The notes under the pieces are model-generated. The model was not told where the DNA came from, did no database searches, and saw nothing but the letters and a program-made list of their open reading frames with translations. From Pyrinomonadaceae bacterium (GTDB lineage Bacteria > Acidobacteriota > Blastocatellia > Pyrinomonadales > Pyrinomonadaceae), in NCBI GenBank assembly GCA_036379655.1, contig DASVGG010000130.1:6272-70271 (forward strand): 64,000 nt of DNA. Direction: 5' to 3'. The position numbers and the translations under genes are program-made. Positions within the stretch are counted from its first letter, which is position 1, and each line of letters opens with the position of its first letter. This document shows, piece by piece, positions 27,974-37,216 of the stretch.

Positions 27974-29545
27974 TCACTTCCCGAACAACTTCTTCTCCGC
28001 CGCAGTCCGCATCACACCCGGCGGCGGCACGCGGCCGGTCCAGAGGCGGAACTGCTCCTCGGCCTGCGCGACGAGCATCCCTAAGCCGCCGACCGTTTCG
28101 CAGCCGGCCGCGCGCGCCTCGCGATGGAAGCGCGTCTCGGCCGGGTTATAGACGAGGTCATAAGCGACGCGCGCGCCGCGCAGTTGTGACTCGACGGCCG
28201 CAGTCTCATCCTCATTCTTGCCGCGCGTGCCGAGCGGCGTCGTGTTCGCAACCACGTCGAAGCCGTCGAAGCTCGCGCCTTCGAGCGGCGCGCAGTCCGC
28301 GCCGAACTCTTCCGCGACCGCGCGACCCCGCGAGATGTCGCGCGCGTAGACCGTCGCGCGTGCGCCGCGCTCGCCGAGCGCCCACAGCAGCGCGCGCGCC
28401 GCGCCGCCCGCGCCGAGCACGGCCACGCGCGCCCCGCGCAGCTCGACCAATCCTTTCAAAGGCACGACCGAGGCGTCCGCGTCCGTGTTGTAGCCTTCGA
28501 GCCCGCGCTCCTCCGTGATGACGACCGTGTTGACCGCGCCCACGCGCGCGGCGTTCGGCGCGACCGAGTCGAGGTGCCGCATGACGGCCTGCTTGTGCGG
28601 CGCGGTCACGCTCAGGCCGCGCAGGTTCCAACGCAGCTCGCGCGTGCGTGGGTCGGCCATGCGCTTAACAAACTCGGGCAGGTCTTCGACCTCAAACAGG
28701 AGATAGACGAAGTCGAGCCCCAACGACGCGAAGCCGGCGTTGTGCGTGTAGGGCGAAAGCGAGTGCCCGACGGGCGAGCCGACGAGGCCCGCGACGGCCG
28801 TCCGTTCGCTCAACTCGTGAACGCGGTAGAGGCGGCGCAGGTCGCGCGCGTCGATCTGTCCCGGCGCCGTCGCCTGCTCCGCGTCGAGCGAGCCGTAAGT
28901 GAGAAACGCGCCGAAGGCCGGCGCGAGCACGCGCGTCAGAACGCCGGCCGCGCCCATCGAGACGGCGATCACGCCGCGCCCCTCGCGCCGCCCGCGTTCG
29001 AGCAATTGCATGAGAGTGATGCTGTCCGTAATCGAATTGGCGCGCGTCGCAAGCTTCGAGATGTCCGCGCGCGTGCGCGACATCCGCTCGTAGATTCGTT
29101 CGAGGTCGGCGGGCGTCTCCTCAAAGTCGTGGTGCGAGCAGATGACGGTGAAGTTCTCGAAGAGTTCGTTCAGAGATTCGGCGTGCGGCGATTCGAGCAG
29201 GTCCAACTCAACATCGACGAACGAGCGCCCGCGCCCGGCCGCGCGTTTGAGCCACGAAGGCACTTCACGCCAGAAGGCCGCGCGCTCTTCCAGGCTCAAG
29301 TCAACGCCGCCGCCCTGCTCGCGCGGGCGGTAGGTGATGAGGAACGGGCGCCCCAACGTTTCGAGTTGCGCGCAGAGTTCCGCGCGCGCCGCGTCAAGCT
29401 CCTTCGGTTCGAGGCAGTCGAGGCGCAGCTCGACGATGTCGCCGGCCTCGGCCGCGCGTTCGATTGAAGGGCGCAGCTCGGCCGCGCTCTTCACGCAGAC
29501 GGGGACGCAGACGCGCGCCCCGCCGGTCTCGCTCAACTCCTGCAT
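27974..29545 (-). CDS. bifunctional type I 3-dehydroquinate dehydratase / shikimate 5-dehydrogenase (AroD-AroE fusion)
   Basis: The N-terminal half has ELRLD...SHHDF...KLA (type I DHQase). The C-terminal half has GSPVGHSLSPYTHNAGF, LGAGGAARA and NTTPLG (AroE). Confidence 0.85.
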   Translation of the reverse strand: MQELSETGGARVCVPVCVKSAAELRPSIERAAEAGDIVELRLDCLEPKELDAARAELCAQLETLGRPFLITYRPREQGGGVDLSLEERAAFWREVPSWLKRAAGRGRSFVDVELDLLESPHAESLNELFENFTVICSHHDFEETPADLERIYERMSRTRADISKLATRANSITDSITLMQLLERGRREGRGVIAVSMGAAGVLTRVLAPAFGAFLTYGSLDAEQATAPGQIDARDLRRLYRVHELSERTAVAGLVGSPVGHSLSPYTHNAGFASLGLDFVYLLFEVEDLPEFVKRMADPRTRELRWNLRGLSVTAPHKQAVMRHLDSVAPNAARVGAVNTVVITEERGLEGYNTDADASVVPLKGLVELRGARVAVLGAGGAARALLWALGERGARATVYARDISRGRAVAEEFGADCAPLEGASFDGFDVVANTTPLGTRGKNEDETAAVESQLRGARVAYDLVYNPAETRFHREARAAGCETVGGLGMLVAQAEEQFRLWTGRVPPPGVMRTAAEKKLFGK

Positions 29546-29580
29546 GATGTTTGAAGACTAACACACGGGGCGTACGCGTC

Positions 29581-30105
29581 TCAGCCCTCGCCGCGCTTGC
29601 GCTCGACGGGGACGCCGAGGTGGCGCGTGGTGCCTTCGGTGACGCTCGGCGGCGGGACCATCTCGCCCGTGTCGCGCTGCGGCAGCGCGCTCACGTGTCG
29701 CGGCGGCAGGGCCGAAGTGTGCGGCGGGTTGAAGCCCTGCACCTCGCGCCGCTTCCCTTCACTGGCGAGGCGCGCGAAGCCGCCGACGCCGGAGGCGAGG
29801 TTCACGGCGGCGGGGATGAACATCCAGAACCACCAGATGTGACCGGCGGGCGCCCACTCCTTGACGGCGAAGGCGATGAAGAGGAAGGCCAGGCCGAGGA
29901 AGAAATACCTGACCGCGTGTTCGATGCTCGGCGGCTTCTCGCCCCTGTGGCGTCGGCGTCGGCCGTGCCGCGTATCTTCGACCGCCGCGAGGCGCTCGGC
30001 GAGCGCACCCGTCAAGACCTCCGGCACGAGGCTGATGTCGGCGCCGCAACCTCGGCAGAACCTCGCGTCGTCCGTATTTTGCGTCGCGCACTTGGGGCAG
30101 AACAT
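29581..30105 (-). CDS. zinc-ribbon membrane protein
   Basis: MFCPKCATQNTDDARFCRGCGADI followed by two TM helices. A GGAGG SD lies 10 nt upstream. Confidence 0.6.
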   Translation of the reverse strand: MFCPKCATQNTDDARFCRGCGADISLVPEVLTGALAERLAAVEDTRHGRRRRHRGEKPPSIEHAVRYFFLGLAFLFIAFAVKEWAPAGHIWWFWMFIPAAVNLASGVGGFARLASEGKRREVQGFNPPHTSALPPRHVSALPQRDTGEMVPPPSVTEGTTRHLGVPVERKRGEG

Positions 30106-30128
30106 CTGCTTTCAACCTCCGTGTGTCA

Positions 30129-30220
30129 GAACGATGAACTCAGAACGATGAACGATGAACTGTCAGACAGAAGTTCTCGATTCTTCGTTCACCCTTCATC
30201 CTTCATCCTTCATCCTTCAT
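30129..30220. repeat. degenerate GAACGATGAAC-family hairpin plus 4 x CCTTCAT tandem repeat
   Basis: GAACGATGAACT at 30129 and CAGAACGATGAACGATGAACTG at 30141-30162, an imperfect partner AGTTCTCGATTCTTCGTTC at 30172-30190, then CCTTCAT x4 (30193-30220) overlapping the rlmB 3' end. Confidence 0.85.
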
Positions 30221-31189
30221 CGTTTCCTTGCGCGCGGTTCGCTGGCGGACGGCTTCGTAGAGGACGATGCCGGCGGCGACCGAGACGTTGAGCGATTCTA
30301 TCTGTCCGCGCAGGGGGATTCGGACGAGCACGTCACAGCGTTCACGCACGAGACGACGGAGCCCTTCGCCCTCGCCGCCGAGCAGCAGCGCGCAGGGCTG
30401 CGTCCAGTCCCAGTCCGTATACGAAGTCTCGGCCTCAACCGCGGTGCCGACTGTCCAGACGCCGCGCTCCTTCAACTCTTCGAGCAGCCGCACGACGTTG
30501 GCCGCGCGCGCGACCGGGACGTATTCGAGCGCGCCGGCCGCGGCCTTCGCCACCGTCTCGGTCAGCCCCGACGCGCGCCGCTCGGGGACGAAGACGCCGT
30601 GCGCGCCCGCGCACTCGACCGTGCGGATGACTGCGCCGAGGTTGCGCGGGTCTTCGACGCCGTCGAGGACGACCGCGAGCGGAGGGTCCTGCGTCCCGAC
30701 GCGCGCGGCCAACGCGTCGAGCAACTCTTCGGTGTGCGTGTAGTGCGCGGCGGCGATGGTGGCGACGACGCCTTGATGGTTGGCGCCCACGGCGATGCGT
30801 TGCAGCTCATCGCGCGGCACGCGCCGGACGGGGATGTCCGCGTAGCGTGCTATCTCAAGAATCTCTCGCAGCCTCGACTCGTGCGCGCCCTCGGCCACGG
30901 TCAGGCGCTCGATGGGACGCGCGCCCGCGCGCAGGGCTTCGAGCACGGGCTGCACGCCGAAGACGTGCGCGCCGTCGTCGGTCGTCTCGGGCCTTCGCGC
31001 CTGCTCGCGCGGCTCGTTGGGACGCGCGGCCGGCGTGCGTTCGCTGTGCGGAGGCCGCTGGCGCCCGTCGTTGCCCGTGAAGGCGCGCGCCACGCGCTCG
31101 CCCGGCGACTCGCCACGGCCGTGCGGCCTGCCGCGCCCCTCGGCGCGGCGGCCCTTCGGCCCGCGCTTCTCTCCGTCGTAATGTTTCAT
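30203..31189 (-). CDS. rlmB: 23S rRNA (guanosine-2'-O)-methyltransferase, SpoU/TrmH family (RlmB-like) with Arg-rich N-extension
   Basis: GVQPVLEAL...HQGVVA...LDGVEDPRNLGAVIRT...LLLGGEGEGL...IP..G.IESLNVSVAAGI. Confidence 0.75.
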   Translation of the reverse strand: MKHYDGEKRGPKGRRAEGRGRPHGRGESPGERVARAFTGNDGRQRPPHSERTPAARPNEPREQARRPETTDDGAHVFGVQPVLEALRAGARPIERLTVAEGAHESRLREILEIARYADIPVRRVPRDELQRIAVGANHQGVVATIAAAHYTHTEELLDALAARVGTQDPPLAVVLDGVEDPRNLGAVIRTVECAGAHGVFVPERRASGLTETVAKAAAGALEYVPVARAANVVRLLEELKERGVWTVGTAVEAETSYTDWDWTQPCALLLGGEGEGLRRLVRERCDVLVRIPLRGQIESLNVSVAAGIVLYEAVRQRTARKETMKDEG

Positions 31190-32250
31190 GCTCTCTCTTC
31201 ACGCGCGCGCAGCAACAGCAGGTGCCGCAGCCGCGCGTAGCGCGTGAACTGTGTCTCGTTGCTGACCGTCGTCACGGCCCCCGCGTTGAAGCGCCCCGTG
31301 CGCTCGCGCCTCAAGCCTAAAGACTCCGTGTGCTCGGCCGAAGGCCACACGTCCGAGAGCAGCGGGCGCAGGCGCGCGTATTCCTCGTCGTGCGCGGCCG
31401 TGGGCGCGCGCTCGCGCAAGGCCGCGACGAGCGCGTTGAAGTTCTCGGCGGCGATGAGGCTCTTGCCTTCGCCGAGGCACGAATAGTCGAAGCCGCCCGA
31501 CATCACACGGAAGCCAGGTCCCCCGACCGCGTGCGCCTCGTGCTCTTCGACGGAGGAAGTGTAGAGGTCGAGCACCAACTCGTCGGACGTAAGCTCGCGC
31601 GTCTCGACCGTCTCGCTCCGTCCGCTCAAGCCGCGCTTGCGCTCCGCGACCTCGATGCGCCGCGACACGACGCGCCCCGTGACGAGCAGCACGACCTCCG
31701 ACCAGGGCACGCGTCGCGGCTCCGCCTCCGGCCCCGCGCGACAGACGACCGCCTCATCTTCAAACTCTAGCGCGCGCGCGCGCACGGGCCTCCGCGCAAT
31801 GACCTCGTCGGGGAAGACCTCCGTGTTGAGTCCTAACTCGCGGAGCTTATCGACTATCAACCAAGCCTCGTCCGCCGAAGTCACGCGAGCGAGCGGCATC
31901 GCGCGCCCCGCGAGCGACATCTCTTTCAATCCACCAACGTCCAGCCGCAGCAACGACGCGGCCTCCTCCGCCGCGTCCGACGTGAGCGCGCCGGCCGCGC
32001 GCGTGAGCGTGACGACGTTGAAGCCCTGCTCCCACTCCTCAAGCCGCTTCAGCTTCGGGCGCCACAGCGCCGCGCCCTCCTTCGTCCGTGGAAGCGACGC
32101 GCCGCAGTAGAGACACGTCAAACGCGTCGGCGCGTTGGCGCGCACGCACTCCTCGCACGCAACCATCTGCTCCGGCGCGAACGGCCGCGCCGCGCCCTCA
32201 CCGAGCGCGTCGAACTCGCCGAACGCCTCCCGCTCATCCTCGCGCGACAA
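31186..32250 (-). CDS. hypothetical protein with N-terminal zinc ribbon
   Basis: CEECVRANAPTRLTCLYCG. Its stop overlaps the rlmB start by 4 nt (ATGA), which argues for co-translation. I recognise no family. Confidence 0.55.
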   Translation of the reverse strand: MSREDEREAFGEFDALGEGAARPFAPEQMVACEECVRANAPTRLTCLYCGASLPRTKEGAALWRPKLKRLEEWEQGFNVVTLTRAAGALTSDAAEEAASLLRLDVGGLKEMSLAGRAMPLARVTSADEAWLIVDKLRELGLNTEVFPDEVIARRPVRARALEFEDEAVVCRAGPEAEPRRVPWSEVVLLVTGRVVSRRIEVAERKRGLSGRSETVETRELTSDELVLDLYTSSVEEHEAHAVGGPGFRVMSGGFDYSCLGEGKSLIAAENFNALVAALRERAPTAAHDEEYARLRPLLSDVWPSAEHTESLGLRRERTGRFNAGAVTTVSNETQFTRYARLRHLLLLRAREERA

Positions 32251-32300
32251 AGAAACCTCCGCTGCCCTTCAGCTTATCTTAACAGTCCCGGTGAAACCGA

Positions 32301-32328
32301 TTGCCCCAAGCACTTTCTTGAGTATAAT
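32301..32328 (+). promoter_or_regulatory. sigma70-like promoter of the lipoprotein gene
   Basis: TTGCCC (32301-32306), a 16-nt spacer, then TATAAT (32323-32328), about 54 nt upstream of ATG 32382. Confidence 0.5.
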
Positions 32329-32381
32329 CCTTCTCGCCGGTTTCCCCTTCAACATTTTGCCTTAGAGCCCGCGCGCTTACC

Positions 32382-33290
32382 ATGAGCTACGTTCAAAGGA
32401 TTGTGTGCGCCGTCGTTATCGTCATGCTGGCTTTCGTGCTCGGCGCGTGCGCGTCCGCCGCGCGTCCGGCCGGGGCCGAGCGCCCGCGCGGGAACGAGGC
32501 GCCGAAGTTCGCCGTCCTCGCCGCGAGCGACGAGCGGCGCACGGCCGCGCTCGCCAACTGGAAAGCGGTCGTCGGCGAGCAGTCGGCCGAAGCCTCCGCG
32601 ACGCCCGAGTTGCGCCCCGTCACGGCGACGCTTAACGCTCTGCCCGTGGGGTTGCGCGACTTCCCGCGCCTGCCGCTCGTCGTCGCGGGCGACGAGAAGG
32701 AGCGCACGGAGGAGGAGACGCGCGAGTCTCTGCGCCGCTTCCTCGCGACGGCCGCGCCGCTGCTCGGCACGGACCTGAAGAGTCTGTCGCTCGTCGGCGT
32801 CTCGGACGCGCCCGCGTCCGGGGCGGGCGCGAAGAGCGCCCTCTATCAACAGAACCCTTTCGCGTATCCTCTGCGGAACGGCTACGGCCTCGTCCGCGTC
32901 ACCTTCACGCCCGACCTGCGCGTCGTCGGACTTTCGAGCACGGCCGTTCCGGAAGGCGACCGGCTCGCGCGCACCTTAGCCGCAGTCCCTAAGACGCTCA
33001 ACGCCGCGCAGGCCGCCGCCGCGCTCGACAACCGCGCCCTCACGTACACGGAGGCGGACGGCACGCAGCGCACGCGCACCGTCACGCCGGCAGACACGAA
33101 GCAGGCGCAGCAACTCGTCGTCTTCCCCGTCCGCCGCGACGACGCGGCCGCGACGGCGCTCGAACTGCACGTCGCGTGGGAGGTCACGGTCGGCGAGTCG
33201 GCCAACGCGCCGCTCGTCTTCTACGTGGACGCGGCCACGGGCGAGGTGCTCGGCGGCGCGGTCGGGATAGGCGTGCCGGCGGTCGGTTGA
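32382..33290 (+). CDS. hypothetical lipoprotein
   Basis: Lipobox (VLGAC) after an N-terminal hydrophobic segment. The C-terminal end (HVAWEVTV...VFYVDAATGEVLG) looks PepSY/FTP-like, but I am not certain of this. Confidence 0.55.
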   Translation: MSYVQRIVCAVVIVMLAFVLGACASAARPAGAERPRGNEAPKFAVLAASDERRTAALANWKAVVGEQSAEASATPELRPVTATLNALPVGLRDFPRLPLVVAGDEKERTEEETRESLRRFLATAAPLLGTDLKSLSLVGVSDAPASGAGAKSALYQQNPFAYPLRNGYGLVRVTFTPDLRVVGLSSTAVPEGDRLARTLAAVPKTLNAAQAAAALDNRALTYTEADGTQRTRTVTPADTKQAQQLVVFPVRRDDAAATALELHVAWEVTVGESANAPLVFYVDAATGEVLGGAVGIGVPAVG

Positions 33291-33502
33291 ATGCAACAGT
33301 TGAGAGGCCGGCGGACGCGCCCTGTTGTCGCTCCGGCAAAGTTCGTGGTTAAATAACTTGCCGCCGCGTCGGGCTTGAGGGTTATAACAGGGTCCGGGTC
33401 TCGTCTCTTGAATTAAAGGCCGGCGGGCGGCGGGCGGGTCTGAGGGCTCCGCTGATGTTTGAAATCTCGTGAATCAGAAAACTCGAATGGGGTGTCTTTC
33501 GC

Positions 33503-34279
33503 ATGCATTATGATCCCACTAACAACATCTCCTGGCAGTTAGGTTACAGAGGGCGGGTGGCGGTTTTCATCGACGGCAACAACCTTTTTCACGCGGCGCG
33601 GTTCCACAACATCGACATCGACTACAACAAGCTCCTGCGCGTCCTCCTGGGCGACGGGAGGCTTCTGCGCGCCTTCTTCTACACGGGCGTCGATGTCGGG
33701 GCCGAGCGACAGCAAGGGTTCCTGCTCTGGATGCGCCGCAACGGCTTCCGCGTGATCCACAAGGAGTTGAAGACCTTCTACGACGGGACGCGCAAAGCGA
33801 ACCTCGACGTGGAGATCGCCGTTGACATGCTGAGTTTGGCCGGGCGCTACGACACGGCCGTGCTGGTCTCGGGCGACGAGGACTTCGTCTACGCCGTCAA
33901 CGCCGTGGCCTACAAGGGCTGCCGCGTGGAGGTCGCGGGCTTCCGCTCGAACACGGCGCCGAAGCTCATCGACGTGGCCGACTACTTCATCGACCTCGGC
34001 GACATCGCGCACAAGGTCCGCAAGGAGCCGTCGCACACGCACCGCTATTACGAGAACCACGCGCCCCCGAGCGCCTACCCCAACCACGCGCAGCCGGCGC
34101 CCGACGACGTGCTCGACGAGCAGGCGCGCGAACTCATCTGCGACGCCGAGGCCGAGCGCGACGAGGTGCGCCGCACCGAAGAGTTCGACGAGACGGTTCC
34201 CCGCCTCGTCCCCGAGACGGTCGAGGACGAAGACGACCCCAAGGGTTCCAACTTCATCCGCGTCACGGACGACCAGTAA
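33503..34279 (+). CDS. NYN-domain (LabA/DUF88-like) protein with acidic C-terminal tail
   Basis: VAVFIDGNNLF...FYTG.......GF..W....GF......LK........K.N.DVEIAVDML.......AVLVSGDEDF..AV. Confidence 0.75.
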   Translation: MHYDPTNNISWQLGYRGRVAVFIDGNNLFHAARFHNIDIDYNKLLRVLLGDGRLLRAFFYTGVDVGAERQQGFLLWMRRNGFRVIHKELKTFYDGTRKANLDVEIAVDMLSLAGRYDTAVLVSGDEDFVYAVNAVAYKGCRVEVAGFRSNTAPKLIDVADYFIDLGDIAHKVRKEPSHTHRYYENHAPPSAYPNHAQPAPDDVLDEQARELICDAEAERDEVRRTEEFDETVPRLVPETVEDEDDPKGSNFIRVTDDQ

Positions 34280-34280
34280 C

Positions 34281-34342
34281 CGTGAATAGTGAATAGTAAA
34301 TGGTGAATGGTTAAAACAGGTTCTTACTATTCACTATTCACG
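34281..34342. repeat. perfect 19-bp stem-loop built from GTGAATA words
   Basis: CGTGAATAGTGAATAGTAA (34281-34299) is the reverse complement of 34324-34342, with a 24-nt loop. Confidence 0.95.
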
Positions 34343-34351
34343 AACGACATT

Positions 34352-34729
34352 ATGAAGCTTTTCACCGTCGATGAGGCGAACGCGCTGCTGCCGACCGTGC
34401 GTGGGGTCGTGCGGCGGATTCAGCGTGCTTACGCGCGCGTCTCGGCGGCGCAGGAGCAGGCGCGGCTGGCGGCGGACGGGGCGGCGCACGGCGGCGGCGG
34501 GATGGCGGGCGGCGGCGACTACGTTATGTCGCTCTCGGAGTTGGCGGAGGCTTCGGGCGAGTTGGAGGAGTTGGGCGTGCAGATGAAGGATTACGCGCGC
34601 GGCCTCATCGACTTCCCGACCATGCGCGAGGGGCGCGTCGTGCTGCTCTGCTGGCAGATGGGCGAGGGCGACGAGTTGGAATGGTGGCACGACCTTGAGG
34701 CCGGCTTCGCCGGGCGCCAGCCGCTCTGA
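34352..34729 (+). CDS. DUF2203-like protein
   Basis: MKLFTVDEANALLPTVRGVV...GVQMKDYARGLIDFP......V.LCWQ.GE..L.WWH. The family assignment is from memory. The start is taken at 34352, just downstream of the hairpin. Confidence 0.55.
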   Translation: MKLFTVDEANALLPTVRGVVRRIQRAYARVSAAQEQARLAADGAAHGGGGMAGGGDYVMSLSELAEASGELEELGVQMKDYARGLIDFPTMREGRVVLLCWQMGEGDELEWWHDLEAGFAGRQPL

Positions 34730-34765
34730 CTTTCGGCCTCGCATTGAGAAAGGTTCTGAACCTAC

Positions 34766-35605
34766 TTGGCGACGACGGAGACCGAGGAGAAGTCTGAGGG
34801 GACGCGCGAAGGCGCGGAGGAACTCCCCAAGGGGCCGCCCCGCAGCCTCTGGCGCGAGTATTTCGAGTCGGGCGTGGTCGTCCTCGTCATGGCGATGTTC
34901 TTCATGACCTTCGTCGCGCAGGCGGCCGAAGTCCCCTCGGCCTCGATGGAGAACACGGTCTACGTCGGCGACCGCTTCCTCATCAACAAGTTCATCTTCG
35001 GCCCCGGCCCGCACCTCCCCTTCCTCCCGCAGCGCGAGATACGACGCGGCGACATCATCGTCTTCAAGTACCCGGCCGAGTCCATCCCCGCCGAGAAGAT
35101 CGTCCAGTTCAAGACGCTCTTCATCAAGCGCGTCGTCGGCCTGCCCGGCGAGACCATCGAGATTAAAGGTCGCGACGTTTACATCAACGACCGGCTCATT
35201 CCCGAATACCAGATCGAGGCGCGCGACTGCGACATGGGCAACAACAAGGCCGAGTTGAAAAGTCTCGTCGCCGAGCGCCAGAAGACCGACGAGCCTTACT
35301 CCGTCTACTACCGCAGCCGCGCCGTGCGCTGCCCGAACCGCTACGACGCGTCGGACGCCCCCAACGGCGTCGGTCGTCCTTACCGCATCCCCGCGGGCCA
35401 CTACTTCATGATGGGCGACAATCGCGAGAACAGCCGCGACAGCCGCTACTGGGGACCAGTCTCGCGCGAACTCGTCGTCGGCCGCGCCATGTTCGTCATC
35501 TGGTCCTCCGACCTGAGCGCGCCGCCTGAGCCGGGCATCGCGGGCTTCGTCAGCGGCTTCTTCAAGAACACGCGCTGGGGCCGCATCGGCACCTTCCTGC
35601 GCTAG
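34766..35605 (+). CDS. lepB: signal peptidase I
   Basis: VPSASMENTV (catalytic Ser box), IKRVVGLPGETIEI (Lys box) and YFMMGDNRENSRDSRYWG. TTG start. Confidence 0.9.
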   Translation: MATTETEEKSEGTREGAEELPKGPPRSLWREYFESGVVVLVMAMFFMTFVAQAAEVPSASMENTVYVGDRFLINKFIFGPGPHLPFLPQREIRRGDIIVFKYPAESIPAEKIVQFKTLFIKRVVGLPGETIEIKGRDVYINDRLIPEYQIEARDCDMGNNKAELKSLVAERQKTDEPYSVYYRSRAVRCPNRYDASDAPNGVGRPYRIPAGHYFMMGDNRENSRDSRYWGPVSRELVVGRAMFVIWSSDLSAPPEPGIAGFVSGFFKNTRWGRIGTFLR

Positions 35606-35803
35606 TCGCGCGCCCCGGCAATCCCCCAAATATTGTACCCGCCGAACCCTCAAATACAGCGCCTTGTACATTTTCTGGTTGACGACTTAAAGTAAGTTCT
35701 GATAGCATCCGCCGCGACTCCGCAGTGGGCATGGATTTACAGGCATGTGCCCTTCGCCCCTCGAACAAGAGACGCAGACGACAGGGAGGCCGCACTTTTA
35801 GTG

Positions 35804-37105
35804 ATGCAGTGTGCCGTTTGCAGCGAAGAGTACCCGGCAGAACTCGACCAATGTCCTCAATGCCAGACGGCGGAGTCGGCGCCGAGAGACACCCCCCTCG
35901 AAGCGGACGAACTACAAGAGCTTGTTGACATGACAGAGAACTCGAACGTCACGACCCGCGCCGCGCAAGCCCCGAACAACTCGACCCTCATCGAATTCCC
36001 CGGCGTCAATCGCCCGGCCTGGCGTAGGGAGCTGAGCGAGCGTTTCCGCGAAATACAGCAGAAGCGCGCCCGCGACGCCGACACCGACGCGAGGTCCGCG
36101 CCCGCCGAGCAGTCCCAGACGACGCTCGAAAGCGCGCGCGCCGCCGCCAAGGAACGCGCCGCCGAGTCCGCCTCAAAACAGCTCGGCCTCGTCCCAACGC
36201 CAAACGAGCCCGAACTGAATCCACTGGTCGCCGCCGCCCTGCGTCGCATCGAGCGCGCACGCGTGAGCGCGTCGTCCGCGCGTCCGTCTTCGGGCCGCGC
36301 GCAGGCCGCCACGGCCGCCGCGCGCGTCGTCGAGGAGCAGCCCGTGCAGGAGGCGCCCGAGCCGGTCGCGCCCCCGCCGCCGCCCCTCGTCGTCGTCCAG
36401 CCGAAGCCCGCGCCGCCTGTTGCAACCGCCTCGGTCGAAGAGACGATGGCGGCCTCGGTTCAGGCGCCCGTCGCTAAGACTCTGGTGACGCGTGAAGTCG
36501 AGGCCGTCGCCGAGCCCGTCAGGAAGACGGAGGTCGCCGAGGCCGCGCCGCAGACGTTCGCGTCCGCCGAGGCCGAGATGGAGGCGCAGTCCAACTCAAA
36601 ACAGCCGCGACATATCTCGGGCGTGCTCGACGAGTTCTGGCTTGAGCGTCAGGGCATCGAGCTGCTGCCGAAGGTCGAGGAGAAGGAGTTGACCTACGAC
36701 GACCGCGCCCCGCGCATCAAGCGCATGGCCGCGGCCTTCGTAGACCTGTTCGTCGTCGCACTCCTCTGCGCGCCCTTCGCGGTGGCCATCGAGTTGACCA
36801 TCGGCAACTGGAGCGACCCGCGCGTGTCGAGTTCGATGGGGCTCATCGCGGCGCTCGTGATGTTCCTCTATCACACCTGCTCGGTCGCGTTGGCCGGGCG
36901 CACTCCGGGGATGCGTCTCTGGTCGCTTCAGGCCGTGGACGCGCGCAAGGCTTGCGTCCCGACTACGCGTCAGTGCGCGGGCCGCGCCCTCGTCTACATG
37001 ATCTCGCTCGCGGCCGGCGGGCTCGGCATCATCTACTCGCTCTTCGACGCGGAGGGGCGCACCGTCCACGACCTGCTCTCCGGCACCGTCGTCGTCAGGA
37101 AGTAG
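35804..37105 (+). CDS. zinc-ribbon / RDD-domain membrane protein
   Basis: MQCAVCSEEYPAELDQCPQCQ at the N-terminus, a long Ala/Pro-rich linker, and a C-terminal RDD-type module (RIKRMAAAFVDLFVV...GRTPGMRLW...VHDLLSGTVVV). Confidence 0.7.
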   Translation: MQCAVCSEEYPAELDQCPQCQTAESAPRDTPLEADELQELVDMTENSNVTTRAAQAPNNSTLIEFPGVNRPAWRRELSERFREIQQKRARDADTDARSAPAEQSQTTLESARAAAKERAAESASKQLGLVPTPNEPELNPLVAAALRRIERARVSASSARPSSGRAQAATAAARVVEEQPVQEAPEPVAPPPPPLVVVQPKPAPPVATASVEETMAASVQAPVAKTLVTREVEAVAEPVRKTEVAEAAPQTFASAEAEMEAQSNSKQPRHISGVLDEFWLERQGIELLPKVEEKELTYDDRAPRIKRMAAAFVDLFVVALLCAPFAVAIELTIGNWSDPRVSSSMGLIAALVMFLYHTCSVALAGRTPGMRLWSLQAVDARKACVPTTRQCAGRALVYMISLAAGGLGIIYSLFDAEGRTVHDLLSGTVVVRK

Positions 37106-37126
37106 AGTTCAGAACAACAGTCTGAG

Positions 37127-37161
37127 GGAGGCGCGTCTTCAACGGACGCGCCTCCTTTTTT
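37127..37161 (+). terminator. canonical rho-independent terminator
   Basis: GGAGGCGCGTC (37127-37137), loop TTCAACG, GACGCGCCTCC (37145-37155), then TTTTTT (37156-37161). Confidence 0.85.
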
Positions 37162-37216
37162 GTCGGCGCGGGAAAGTCTGTTAGCCTTTGCGCGAAACCC
37201 TTCAAGGCGTGCACGA

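Noticed and set aside
33503-34729. The NYN-domain gene plus the DUF2203 gene as a toxin-antitoxin or defence pair.
   Set aside because: The two genes are separated by a strong hairpin (34281-34342), both families are common housekeeping-type genes, and there is no compositional anomaly.
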